A stretch of DNA of 64,000 bases from Macrostomum hystrix (GCA_950097015.1 CATNEN010000039.1:20646001-20710000); one strand, 5' to 3'. Shown: positions 35,001-48,034, numbered from the stretch's first letter. Numbers and translations: made by a program. The notes: generated by a model from the letters alone, not told the origin.

Positions 35001-36965
35001 GGTGAGATTCAGATTTGGGAGGGTGAGATTCAGATTTGGGAGGGTGAGATTCAGATTTAGGAGGGTGAGATTCAGATTCGGGAGGGTGAGATTCAGATTT
35101 GGGAAGGTGAGATTCAGATTTGGGAGGGTGAGATTCAGATTTAGGAGGGTGAGATTCAGATTTCGGAGGGTGAGATTCAGATTTGGGAGGGTGAGATTCA
35201 GATTTAGGAGGGTGAGATTCAGATTTCGGAGGGTGAGATTCAGATTAGAGTGTGTGAGATTCCGATTTAGGAGGGTGAGAGTCAGATTTGGGAAGGTGAG
35301 ATAAGAATCAGGGAGGGTGAGATAAGGATCAGGGAGGGTGAGATAAGGATCAGGGAGGGTGAGATACAGATCAGGGAGGGTGAGATATAGATAAGGGAGA
35401 GTGAGATTCACAGAATGTCAACCGTCTAACCCATTCTGAATCCCTTCGCCATTCGCCCGTCAGCTTCGCGCTGCTGGCCTGCCGCAGTCAGCTGGCCAGT
35501 CGTCGCGCGCCCCGCCTGTCGCTGCCGCCGACGGAGCAGCGCGGTCTGGCACTCCAGCAGCTGCTGGCTCAGCGGGCCGGGGTGGCTCGCGGCCTACTGT
35601 CCGACCTGGCGCCGGGTTCTCGAATCGGCCGCGACTGCCTTGTGCTAGATTTGGCGCCCTGCCTATTGGATATTCTGCAGCCCAGCCTGCGGCCTGTCAG
35701 TACGCATCTGTACACTGCCAAGGAGCGAAAGGATTTGGCCGCATTGGTCGATTGCATGATCTGCTACGGGTGGGTTATATTTTATCTAAACCAGATAGGT
35801 TTTTAGGGTGGCCAAGGTAAAAAAACTTCGGTCTTCGAAAAAAAATGGAATCTAAAATTAGGTTTTTACTATTTGGATTTGGATTTGGATTTAGATTTAG
35901 CACTTACTATTTGAGGGGTCATGAAATTTTGAGGCTTTTTTAGGCTAAAACGAGGTTGTAGCCTAGTGGTTAGAGCGTTGAACTCACGACTTGAAGGTCG
36001 GGGGTTCGATTCCCGACTTCGCTAGAACAGTTGTGTCATTTTAGCAAGACACTTAAATCTGAATTGCTTCAGTTCACCAAGCTGTCAAATGGGTACCAGC
36101 GTTAGCTGGGGTAATTAAGGGTGGGTGTGGCACCCCTCCAGTCCATGGACTGAACAGCTGTACGTATAAATAGCTGCGGCTGTGCTGTCCGCTGCACATC
36201 TGGCCCAATCGGGACGGGTGTAATCAATTATTATTTTTATTATATATTGAAATTTAAATCCGGTACTGGGGATCCTGAATTTAACAATCTTGGATTTGGG
36301 ATCGTGATTTTTTTGTTTAATTTGGAGGTAAAAGTTGAGGTTTTCTTGGATCATAGCTTGGCACTACAATGTTAACATACAACCACGCCTGCAGTCTGCA
36401 CTATACTCAGCAGCGCACACCAGACGGTCAGATGCAATTCGCCCTAGAGCCGCCAATCGACCAGTTAGTTCGATTCACCGACCAGCCAATCAGCGGGGCC
36501 CGCACAGCTCCATTGAGCGCCGCTGTCAAACAACTCGTTGCCAGGGAGCTGCAGTCGGAGCGGCTACGGCGCGCCGAGTCGGCCTCTCTAGCTCGCCTTG
36601 GACAGGCTACGCCAACGGCTACGCCGGAGCGCCCGCGGCAGCAGCAGTCGCGCGCCCTGGCTGACACTGTACGCGGTCTGGCCCCTAGCGCAGCCGCTGC
36701 CGCTTCGGCCGCGGCGGAGGCCTCCGCGCCGGCTCCGGTGCAGCGCGACTTTTTCGGACGTCCGATCGCTGCTCGACCGGCCTTGGCGCCGGCTCCAGTT
36801 GCTGCAGAACAGCAGCAGCAGCAGCAGAAGCCGCGCCAACTGTTAAACGACCGGATTTGGTACAAATTCAATGAAGGCTTCAGCAATGCGGTCCGTAGGC
36901 CGGTGAAAGTTCGCTCATTTCACAGCCTGCGAGAGTCCTGCGATAAGATTAATGTGGACTACTGA
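29098..36965 (+). CDS. CHTF18: Chromosome transmission fidelity protein 18 (RFC-like clamp-loader large subunit), ~890 aa
   Basis: Exons 29098-29617, 31347-31750, 32740-33027, 33730-34030, 34565-34847, 35464-35769, 36395-36965 join in frame. Motifs LWVSKYSP, Walker A GPPGRGKTT, EMNASDDR, Walker B LVLDEIDG, RPVICICND, GDLRSC, C-terminal WYKFNEGFSNAVRRPV. The first donor site is less certain. Confidence 0.95.
29655..29930 (+). mobile_element. SINE family A, copy 2
   Basis: Reverse-complement homologue of 421-660. Confidence 0.75.
29990..31231. repeat. 29-bp minisatellite (GGTATATAGCATCTGAGACCAGGGCAATC)
   Basis: CTF18 intron 1; explains the 412-477 aa spurious ORFs. Confidence 0.97.
32140..32667 (-). 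mobile_element. TTAA-flanked MITE C, copy 3 (inverted; other end unclear)
   Basis: Ends GTAGTTCTACTG|TTAA; the internal sequence is the reverse complement of 12127-12600. Confidence 0.75.
33080..33590. repeat. 22-bp minisatellite (ATCCATCAGAATCCACCTGCTT)
   Basis: CTF18 intron 3. Confidence 0.9.
34125..34460. repeat. 23-bp minisatellite (AGATTATACTAAGGGATTTCCAT)
   Basis: CTF18 intron 4. Confidence 0.9.
34957..35410. repeat. 21-bp minisatellite (AGGGTGAGATTCAGATTTGGG)
   Basis: CTF18 intron 5. Confidence 0.95.
35952..36240 (+). mobile_element. CORE-type tRNA-derived SINE family B, near full length
   Basis: A-box TAGCCTAGTGG, B-box GGTTCGATTCC, CORE-like TGTGTCATTTTAGCAAGACACTTAA...CTTCAGTTC...CTGTCAAATGGGTA, AT-rich tail. 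Confidence 0.8.
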
Positions 36966-37571
36966 CTACTGACTTGCTTTTGTGTTAGTAGTATAATGAA
37001 ATTCATGAAAGAACCATTTTTTACGTTTTACATTTCCTATTTAAGAACAGTATTTTAACTTACAATTTTCAAATGTTCTGGTTCTGAAACTAAGTTTCTG
37101 TTGCATTTTATTCCGTTGTTGGATCTCGGTGCTTACTACTTAAAGCAAAGTTATGGTTAGTAGTATTTACTGAAATCGTGTTTTAAAAGTTACATGTTTG
37201 AGTCCGTTGTAAAATAAATTGTGCTAATGTGCAACTTTGAAAACCGTGCTTGAAATTTATTGAAATGAATTTGGCACTCAAAATTTGACTCTACTGTATT
37301 ACTATGGCTAATGGTTAGGTGTCATTATAATAGTAACTACGAGGTTCGTTATTGTATATAAATAACTGTATATATGACTGAAGAAAGAATCTAAGAAAGA
37401 AACATTTTGTCTATGGTCTAAAGCCAAACTCACGGGGAACGTAAAAATCGGATTAAATTTATTTTAGACCCCTGCATCTATACTGCATGTATTTCCGAAG
37501 GACCACTACGCCGTTTTGCACTCAAATTCGTCATTTCTGCAATCAAGTTCAAACAAAACTGCATTCAAGTT

Positions 37572-38088
37572 CGAATGCGGTTTGCCGAACTTGAATGCGG
37601 TTTGCCGAACTTGAATGCGGTTTGCCGAACTTGAATGCGGTTTGCCGAACTTGAATGCGGTTTGCCGAACTTGAATGCGGTTTGCCGAACTTAAATGCAG
37701 TTTGCCGAACTTGAATGCGGTTTACCGAACTTGAATGCAGTTTGCCGAACTTGAATGCGGTTTGCCGAACTTGAATGCGGTTTGCCGAACTTGAATGCGG
37801 TTTGCCGAACTTGAATGCGGTTTGCCGAACTTGAATGCGGTTTGCCGAACTTGAATGCGGTTTGCCGAACTTGAATGCGGTTTGCCGAACTTGAATGCGG
37901 TTTGCCGAACTTGAATGCGGTTTGCCGAACTTGAATGCAGTTTGCCGAACTTGAATGCAGTTTGCCGAACTTGAATGCAGTTTGCCGAACTTGAATGCAG
38001 TTTGCCGAACTTGAATGCGGTTTGCCGAACTTGAATGCGGTTTGCCGAACTTGAATGCAGTTTGCCGAACTTGAATGCGGTTTGCCGA
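37572..38088. repeat. 20-bp minisatellite (TTTGCCGAACTTGAATGC(G/A)G)
   Basis: Intergenic tandem array. Confidence 0.97.
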
Positions 38089-39315
38089 TTTGCTTGCAGT
38101 TCAAAAGTATAGCCATAGAGGTTGTCCGAATTTGAATGCAGTTTTGTTGAACTTGATTGCAGAAATGACGAATTTGAGTGCAAAAAGGTGTAGAAGAAGA
38201 AGGAAGGGGCACATCGTTTCGTGGAAATTCCCACAGGGAATTCCCTTTGGATTCTCTTTCCCTTTGGATTGGATAGGGAATTCCCCATAGACATAGTTTA
38301 ACGATGTTCATTAAAACCCTTGCTCAGCGTTGTTCAATGGTCTATGCACGAGGGCGCTTCGCGTACATATACTCGCCTATGTTCAGAAAGGCTGACTTTC
38401 CTGTGTCAGCTGTCAGGTGAAAAATGCCATAGACAATAAACTATGCCAGCGGGAAAGAAAGACATGGAGTTTTTACTACTCTTAGTAGGCAAAAGGCTAT
38501 ATAATCAGAAGTAGGCAAGTTCAAACATTTTATCCATATTTCTGATTGATTTCGATGCAAACAGCATCAGGTGCGAGAGCATGAGTGGTTAAAGTTTCGA
38601 AGACAGGTTATGTTTTATTTGAAAGCGTGAAACTTAATTAAGACAGATTTGGTTGTTGATTGTTCTCCTGGTCTAAATTTAGCCGTGAACAATGCTAGAA
38701 TTAAGTACACATTTACTTTGACCGTGCCAGCTGTGCTGCTAATGAGAGCACTTGCCACTTTGAGTACTGGTCATGGAATAACAATGTAACAATAATAATG
38801 ACATTGTGTGGACGATTAGTCATTCACGAATGACTATATGGCTATTGAGTTTTCATATGACTTATGCGAGTAAAATAAATATCAAAATGGGCTTAACAAA
38901 GAAAATTATCCGACGTATAATACATGTATATAGAGTTAGATAGATAGACAACTATAGATAACAATAACTGGTATAGAGATCATAATTTATCATAATGAAT
39001 AAATTAATGAAGCATATACAAGTAGAAGAATAAAACACATTTTACTGCTCAACAATAGGCCTCGAAATTGTGTTCACGCAGTTAGCATGCTAAGCTCAGA
39101 AATGAGATTTTTTGACACTGCGAAAATTTTCCGGCTTTAAAAAACGCGAATGTCGTTATATTCGTCCCCTGGGCAGAGCGTATATAAATAGGACGCAAAA
39201 GAGGGGCAATAATTTTTTCTTCAATAGTCAGAAAAATTGTCTGACAGATAAAATCATTCCCTAAACAGTGAAATAGACCAGGATTTATTTAACTGGACCT
39301 ACTGCAGGCTCCAAA

Positions 39316-42300
39316 ATGACTCAAGTAAGTTTATTTAATCATCTTTATGTATTAAAATAAATCACGACTCCGGTCGCATCTCAAGCCAATTTTTTCCGCT
39401 TTAGGCCCAGGTCAGCAATGCTGGCGCGAAAGCCAAGAAGCGCTCAAAGAAGGACAAGGAGAACAAGCTGTGTGAACTGAAGAGTGAGATCGCCATGGAC
39501 GAGCATCAGCTCGGCCTGACGGACCTGTTCGCTCGGCTCGAAGTTGACCCGGCTGTCGGCCTGTCCGCCAACGAGGCCGCTTCCCGGCTGGAGAAGTTCG
39601 GCCGAAACGAGCTGACGCCGCCCAAGCGGACGCCAGAGATTGTGGTGTTCATCCGGACATTGCTGGGCGGATTCTCTCTGCTTCTATGGATTGGTTCGAT
39701 TCTGTGCCTCATCGCCTACGCAATTCAGTACAGCTCGACCGACAGTCCGTCTGGAGACAATCTGTACCTGGCGATTGTGCTCATTGTCGTGGTGGTTGTA
39801 ACCGGCCTATTTACCTATTATCAAAATGCCAAGTCCGGCAAGATTATGGAGAGCTTCAAGAAGATGGTGCCACCGCAGGCGACCGTCCTACGCGACGGTC
39901 AGAAATTACCGGTCGCTTCGGCTGAGGTAGTTGTCGGTGACATCCTTCAAATCCAGCTGGGCGACCGAGTACCAGCCGATGTGCGCATCCTGACAGCCCA
40001 GGGGTTCAAGGTGGACAATTCAGCTCTCACTGGCGAGTCAGAGCCGCAGTCGCGGTGTCCCGACTGCACCAGCGAGAACCCGATGGAGACTAGAAACTTG
40101 GCTTTCTTCTCAACCAACGCGGTTGAAGGTGAGGCGGCATTGGCTTCAGTCTGTAGGTCACAAAAATCGACGCATCAGGCTAGGAGTTTCCCCACCAACC
40201 GAATTCTTTCTCTTTTCAGGCACCTGCACCGCCGTTGTCGTAGCAACTGGCGACCGGACCCTGATGGGCCACATCGCCAAGCTGGCCTCCGGCCTTCGCG
40301 AAGAGAAGACACCCATAGCGAAGGAGCTGGGCCACTTTGTCCAGATGATCACCGGAGTAGCTATCGTGTTCGGCGGGATCTTCTTCGCAATTTCCATGTC
40401 GATTGGCTACGACTGGCTGAGCGCCGTGATTTTCCTCATCGGAGTAATCGTGGCCAACGTGCCCGAAGGCATTCTGGCCTGCATCACCGTCTGCCTCACG
40501 CTCACGGCCAAGAGGATGGCGCAGAAGAACTGCTTGGTGAAGAATCTGGAGGCGGTGGAAACTCTCGGCTCAACCAGCATCATCTGCACCGACAAGACCG
40601 GTGAGATTGCCATAGACCTAGCTTTATCAGTAACCCCCGAATGGCTTGACTTTGCGATAGACCTAGCTTTATCAGTAACCCCCGAATGGCTTGACTTTGC
40701 CATAGACCTAGCTTTATCAGTAACCCCCGAATGGCTTGACTTTGCCATAGACCTAGCTTTATCAGTAACCCCCGAATGGCTTGACTTTGCCATTGACCTA
40801 GCTTTTTCAGTAACCCCCGAATGGCTTGACTTTGCCATTGACCTAGCTTTATCAGTAACCCCCGAATGGCTTGACTTTGCCATAGACCTAGCTTTATCAG
40901 TAACCCCCGAATGGCTTGACTTTGCCATAGACCTAGCTTTATTAGTAACCCCCGAATAGCTTGACTTTGCCATAGACCTAGCTTTTTCAGTAACCCCCGA
41001 ATAGCTTGAGGGTCGTCTATTCATTTGAATATCACACAAATGCATACCAAAAACGAATCATTTAATGGCAGTGTGAATCATTTAGACGTTTGAAATCACA
41101 AACGCTTTGCCATGAAATTATTCGGCACAACGTGCCACATTTTTTAGCTGATAATTCGAGTTAGTATTTGTGAGTGAATTGTGGGATTCGAGGTGCGATC
41201 TGTTAGTGGCGTAGATGACTCACAATATTTAAGTGCTAATAGGCAGCTAGAGCGGCGAAAAGACATTTCGGCCATAGACATTAAGTCAACGGGCACGACA
41301 GACAGAGGACGCGTGTTATCCGTTTTGACCGCCCATTGCTCTGAGGTGTACATTCTGACTCTTGTGACTTTCTCATCGTCTAGCAGTGCACACACACTTT
41401 GAATCTTAGCGGGTTACCGCATGCGGGTTACTCAAGCGTTCACCTTGTTTGCCCTGCTCAGGCACGCTGACCCAGAACCGCATGACTGTGTCCCACATGT
41501 GGCTGGACAATCGCATCGTTGGAGTGGACACCTCCGAAGACCAGACGCACGACACGGGAGACAGTCTGCTGACCGACTGGCCGGCCTTCAGTCGCTGCGC
41601 AGCCCTGTGCAATCGGGCCGAGTTCAGGGCCGGGGAGGAGTCGAACTCGGTGCTGCGGCGCAGGTGCATCGGAGACGCGTCGGAGACGGCGCTGCTGAAG
41701 TACACGGAGCTAAGCATGGGCAGCATGGCTGAATATCGCAGCCGGAATCCCAAGGTGTTCGAGGTGCCGTTCAACAGCACCAACAAGTACCAGCTGTCCA
41801 TTCACCGAACCGACGACAACGACCCGCGCCACCTCCTGGTGATGAAGGGCGCCCCGGAGAAGATTCTCGACAGCTGCTCCACCATTCTGGTCGACGGCCA
41901 GGAGCTTCCACTTGATGCCGACTGGAAGCAGAAGTTCAACTCAGCCTACGAGGATCTCGGAGGCATGGGTGAGCGGGTCATCGGATTCTGCGACCTCCGC
42001 CTGTCCGGCGAAGAGTTTCCGGTTGGGTTCGCGTTCAGTGAGGACTCGCAAAATTTCCCGCTGGACGGACTGCGCTTCGTCGGCCTGGCTTCGCTGATCG
42101 ATCCGCCGCGTGGAGCCGTGCCGAGCGCCGTCCAGAAATGTCGCAGCGCCGGCATTAAGGTCATCATGATCACCGGAGACCATCCAATCACCGCCAAAGC
42201 CATCGCCAGGAGCGTTGGAATCATCAGCCCGAACAGCCAGACCGTGGAGGAGATCGCCAGATCGAGAGGCGTCGACCCCACCCAGGTGGAGCCCAGTGAG

Positions 42301-43751
42301 GCGCAGGCAAGCGTCATCCATGGCTCGGAGCTGAAGGACATGTCTTCGGCACAGTTGGACAAGCTGCTGCAGAACTATACGGAGCTTGTATTCGCTCGTA
42401 CCAGTCCCCAGCAGAAGCTGCTCATTGTCGAAGGCTGCCAGCGCCAGGGCTGGATTGTGGCCGTCACGGGAGACGGCGTCAACGACTCGCCTGCGTTGAA
42501 GAAGGCGGACATTGGCATCGCGATGGGCATCGCAGGCAGCGACGTCAGCAAACAGGCGGCGGATATGATCCTCCTTGACGACAACTTTGCGTCTATAGTT
42601 ACCGGCGTTGAGGAAGGCCGCATAATCTTTGACAACCTAAAGAAGACGACCACCTACCTACTCGCCTCAAACATTCCTGAGTTCGCGCCTTTCCTACTGT
42701 ACGGTCTGATCGCCATTCCGCTGCCCATCGGAACCATCACCATGCTGCTGATCTCCGTGGGCACCGAGATTGTCCCGTCCATCTCCCTGGTACACGAGAC
42801 GGCCGAGAGTGACATCATGCAGCGCCAGCCGCGCGATCCGAAGCGCCATCGGCTGGTGAATTGGAACCTTATTGGCGCCTGCTATGCTCAGGCCGGTCTC
42901 ATCGAGGCCGCGGGCGGCATGTTCGCCTATTTCGTCGTGCTGGCGGAGAACGGCTTTCTGCCCGGACGAGTTGTCGGCCTGCGAAACGACTGGGAGAGCA
43001 TCGCCGTTAACGACCTGGTGGACAGCTACGGACAGGAGTGGGTGAGTTGCGGGGATGAGAGGGATAATAAAAGTTATTATTATTAGAAACTAGAAACTAT
43101 ACTGTACGCAGGTGTATCCATTTGCCCTGACTTTCTCATCGTCAGGCAGTGTACACTCTCACTGTGCCTTGGAGGTTGGCCCTCAAGTGCGTAAATTGCA
43201 TGACAAGCCCCAAAGCCTTCTCTCCGCGGCTGCACCCCAAATGAATGTAGCCTCGCCGCGGAATCGAACTTAAAAACCTTGGTGCGAGAGGCAAACGCGT
43301 AAAGCGCTCTGTACCTCATCCCTCTCAACAATGGCCTGGAGTTAGTGAGCTTATAGTTTTATACGCGCATTTCCTTTCCACCGTATCGCTCCAGTCATTC
43401 GGCCAGCGCAAGATGCTAGAGTACACCTGCTACTCAGCCTTCTTCGCCGCCATCGTGACAATGCAGTGGTTCGATCTCCTCATCAGGAAGACGCTGCGCT
43501 CGTCCCTGTTCCAGCAGGGCATGAGCAACGGCCCGCTGACTTTCTCGCTCTTTTTCGAGACCGGCTTAGTCATCTTCCTGACCTACTGCCCGGGCCTGGT
43601 CGACGGCTTGCACTTGGCACCGCTGATGTACCGCTGGTTCTTGCCTGCCCTGCCATTTGGCGTCTACATCCTGTTTTACGACGAGTTCAGAAAGTACCTG
43701 ACGCGCACCCTGCCCCCGGGAAACTGGTTGGAGACCAATTTGTCCTTCTGA
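39316..43751 (+). CDS. P-type IIC ATPase alpha subunit (Na+/K+- or H+/K+-ATPase-like), ~1016 aa, with atypical ion-binding residues
   Basis: Exons 39316-39324, 39405-40128, 40220-40600, 41462-43041, 43395-43751 join in frame (3051 nt). Motifs [50 protein letters not shown] and the beta-subunit-binding SYGQ. Confidence 0.96.
40606..41009. repeat. 45-bp minisatellite
   Basis: Begins 5 nt after the donor site of the intron that splits DKTG/T. Confidence 0.95.
43105..43325 (-). mobile_element. SINE family A, copy 3
   Basis: Homologous to 500-720; the minus-strand head keeps the B-box GTTCGATTCC. Confidence 0.78.
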
Positions 43752-44554
43752 ACGCAGCTACAAATGGAACACGAACTGTACATAGCGTATTTTGTTAGAC
43801 AACTCCCAAAATATCTTCAACGCTTTTTAACCAGAATTAGGGAAATATTGTGCTCAATGTAAGTCAAGAATTTCGACAATTATTCCGAAGTCATTGCAAT
43901 GCGAAATTTTGTGACTTTGATTTTGATTGTTTTAGAAAATAGAGCATACCAAATGCCAAACATTCTTGCAAACTTTTACCAATCTGCCTAAAGGGCTCCA
44001 CACTATGTTTACAGTTGGAAATATAATTAAATCAAGCCTTCTTTTGTGATATCCGAATTACTGCAGCTTAATTCCTGATATTCTTGTTAGTAGCTAGCGC
44101 CTTGACAAAAAACGAAACTTTCTAAATTCATAATCTGAATTTTTTTATGTTATTGCTTTGCATTGCGAGTAACAATTTAAAAGTTTAAAAAAAACTTTAA
44201 ATTACTGACTACTTAAAAAACTTGTTTTGGCCAGTAGTATAGCAAAAAACTAGTTTTTTTTGTAGAAAGTAGAAATAGTTTTCTTATCTTCTACAGATAT
44301 TTTCTCCAGTGAAAGTGCAACAAACTGGTGCAAAGGTCCATTAAAGTTACTTCTATAATAAGCGTTACTGATTACAGTTTACCTGTTCACTTTAATTAGC
44401 TCCTTATCTCGGAATGAGAAAAATATTTCTCGGTCTTTGAAAAGTCGTCGCTGTTGCCGTTACTGCTGCCACCCAAGAATAGGTGAGCCCGAAAGCAAAC
44501 AGTATAGCTCAAAGAAAATTCATTCACCTGAAAAACCTGAGCCTTTACAGCGAT

Positions 44555-47500
44555 ATGGGTGGATTTGGCACTCATCCTGACACTCTGCCAGATGAAGATT
44601 GGCAACAGGTGAGTATGCGATAGCTTCTGCTTCTAGTGGAAAGTTTTTATTGGATCTAAGATAGAATTATTAAACCGAATAGTCACATAACCAAAGTACA
44701 TACACCATAACACTGAAGTGTCACAAGACCAAAGTACATACACCATAACACTGAAGTGTCACAAGACCAAAGTACATACACCATAACACTGAATTGTCAC
44801 AAGACCAAAGTACATGCACCATAACACTGAAGTGTCACATGACCAAAGTACATACACCATAACACTGAATTGTCACAAGACCAAAGTACATGCACCATAA
44901 CACTGAAGTGTCACATGACCAAAGTACATGCACCATAACACTGAAGTGTCACAAGACCAAAGTACATACACCATAACACTGAATTGTCACAAGACCAAAG
45001 TACATACACCATAACACTGAATTGTCACATGACCAAAGTACATGCACCATAACACTGAAGTGTCACATGACCAAAGTACATGCACCATAACACTGAAGTT
45101 TCACATGACCAAGTACATGCACCATAACACTGAATTGTCACAAGACCAAAGTACATACACCATAACACTGAAGTGTCACATGACCAAAGTACATACACCA
45201 TAACACTGAAGTGTCACATGACCAAAGTACATGCACCATAACACTGAAGTGTCACATGACCAAAGTACATACACCATAACACTGAAGTGTCACATGACCA
45301 AAGTACATACACCATAACACTGAAGTGTCACATGACCAAAGTACATGCACCATAACACTGAAGTTTCACATGACCAAGTACATGCACCATAACACTGAAT
45401 TGTCACAAGACCAAAGTACATACACCATAACACTGAAGTGTCACATGACCAAAGTACATACACCATAACACTGAAGTGTCACATGACCAAAGTACATGCA
45501 CCATAACACTGAAGTGTCACATGACCAAAGTACATACACCATAACACTGAAGTGTCACATGACCAAAGTACATGCACCATAACACTGAAGTGTCACATGA
45601 CCAAAGTACATGTGACTGACTGGGGCTGGAATCTTATAGGGTAGCAACCCCTCTGTGTCCGGGGCTGGAATCTTATAGGGTAGCAACCCCTCTGTGACTG
45701 GGGCTGGAATCTTATAGGGTAGCAACCCCTCTGTGACTGGGGCTGGAATCTTATAGGGTAGCAACCCCTCTGTGACTGGGGCTGCAATCTTATAGGGTGC
45801 AACCCTCTCTGTGACTGGGGGCTGCAATCTTATAGGGCAGCAACCCCTCTGTGACTGGGGCTGCAATATTATAGGGTGCAACCCCTGTGTGACAAGGGCT
45901 GAAATCTTATAGGGTAGCAGCCCCTCTGTGTCCGGGGCTGGAATCTTATAGGGTAGCAACCCCTGTGTGACTGGGGCTACAATATTATTATAGGGTATAT
46001 TTACCACGTGTGTAATAACCACGCATCCGAAATTTCCACAACTCCAGCCTGTGGATGCACTAAAACGCGGTGGCATCGGACTCCGAAGACAATCTGTGCC
46101 AGTTGTGACTGAGGTAATTTTTACCGTATAGAAGAGCTAGGTATAGAGGAATGATAGATCAGTGATGGAGTGAGGTAGAGAGTGGTGATAGATCAGTGAT
46201 GGAGTGAGGTAGAGAGTGGTGATAGATCAGAGATGGAGTGAGGTAGAGAGTGGTGATAGATCAGTGATGGGGTGAGGTAGAGAGTGGTGATAGATCAGAG
46301 ATGGAGTGAGGTAGAGAGTGGTGATAGATCAGAGATGGAGTGAGGTAGAGAGTGGTGATAGATCAGTGATGGGGTGAGGTAGAGAGTGATAATAGATCAG
46401 AGATGGAGTGAGGTAGAGAGTGATGATAGATCAGAGATGGAGTGAGGTAGAGAGTGATGATAGATCGGAGATGGAGTGAGGTAGAGAGTGATGATAGATC
46501 AGTGATGGAGTGAGGTATAGAGTGATGATAGATCGGAGATGGAGTGAGGTAGAGAGTGATGATAGATCAGTAATGGGGTGAGGTAGAGAGTGATGATAGA
46601 TCGGAGATGGAGTGAGGTAGAGAGTGATGATAGATCAGTGATGGAGTGAGGTAGAGAGTGATGATAGATCAGTAATGGGGTGAGGTATAGAGTGATGATA
46701 GATCAGAGATGGAGTGAGGTATAGAGGAATGATAGATCAGTGATGGGGTGATGTAGAGAGAGGTGATAGATCAGTGATGGAGTGAGGTATAGAGGAATGA
46801 TAGATCAGTGATGGGGTGATGTAGAGAGAGGTGATAGATCAGTGATGGAGTGAGGTATAGAGTGATGATAGATCAGAGATGGAGTGAGGTATAGAGGAAT
46901 GATAGATCAGTGATGGGGTGATGTAGAGAGAGGTGATAGATCAGTGATGGAGTGAGGTATAAAGTGGTGATAGATCAGTGATGGAGTGAGGTAGAGAGTG
47001 GTGATAGATCAGTGATGGGGTGAGGTAGAGAGTGGTGATAGATCAGAGATGGAGTGAGGTATAGAGTGGTGATAGATCAGTGATGGAGTGAGGTAGAGAG
47101 TGATGATAGATCAGTGATGGAGTGAGGTGGAGAGTGATGATAGATCAGTGATGGAGTGAGGTAGAGAGTGGTGATAGATCAGAGATGGAGTGAGGTATAG
47201 AGTGATGATAGATCAGTAATGGGGTGAGGTATAGAGTGATGATAGATCAGTAATGGGGTGAGGTAGAGAGTGATGATAGATCAGTAATGGGGTGAGGTAG
47301 AGAGTGATGATAGATCAGTAATGGGGTGAGGTAGAGAGTGATGATAGATCAGTAATGGGGTGAGGTAGAGAGTGATGATAGATCAGTAATGGGGTGAGGC
47401 AGAGAGTGATGATAGATCAGTAATGGGGTGAGGCAGAGAGTGATGATAGATCAGTAATGGGGTGAGGCAGAGAGTGATGATAGATCAGTAATGGGGTGAG

Positions 47501-47865
47501 GTAGAGAGTGATGATAGATCAGTGATGGGTGAGGCAGAGAGTGATGGTAGATCAGTGGATCATGAAGCCTATAATCTGTTGAATTTCAGGCCAACTCAAG
47601 GTTTCTGTTAGGTGTCGACAGGTCATCAGCCAGAGTCACACTTAGTCCAAGGCGACTATTGGCTGTGGCAGCTGAGGAACAAGAATTCGCTGAACGGTAA
47701 GCATTAATTGTGAAAAAATATAAGTTAGTAGTTTATTGCAAAAAAAGGAAAAAGCAAATAGTTTTCTAATTTGATTGTTTAAACTGACTTGACAGGTTGC
47801 GTATTGGCAAGTCAATAGTTGACGTCACGAACAGTAATTTGATGAAGCTCGATATGGATTTGTGA
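44555..47865 (+). CDS. Putative small orphan protein (~100 aa), function unknown
   Basis: Unique islands between arrays, bounded by splice sites, join in frame: 44555-44608, 46048(or 45994)-46113, 47590-47696, 47796-47865. AATAAA at ~47903. The 5' structure is uncertain. Confidence 0.45.
44690..45995. repeat. Abutting 38-bp and 39-bp minisatellites (junction ~45612)
   Basis: Two unrelated tandem units joined directly. Confidence 0.95.
46140..47560. repeat. 34-bp minisatellite (GATAGATCAGTGATGGAGTGAGGTAGAGAGTGGT)
   Basis: Tandem array. Confidence 0.95.
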
Positions 47866-48034
47866 CAACACCTAAAATATTTTATTAATTTTGAAATTGC
47901 TAAATAAAATATCTTGCATGAGAAGATGTGATTGCAACTTGTGCTTCACTTAAGATCTGTTTTAAGTTTACTCTAAATACAGCATGAAATTATTTTCCCG
48001 TGACTTTTATTGGTCTCAACCGTGTGATCCCAAT

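Noticed and set aside
35952-36022. Possible tRNA gene
   Set aside because: Acceptor and anticodon stems pair poorly, and the sequence runs straight into a repeated SINE body.
37405-38435. GTCTATGG/CCATAGAC motifs around the 20-bp array as possible transposon ends
   Set aside because: The match is only 8 bp with no convincing TSD, which is not enough to call an element.
39495-43751. ATPase apparently split into four ORFs (pseudogene or frameshifts)
   Set aside because: Canonical introns join all the pieces into one uninterrupted frame.
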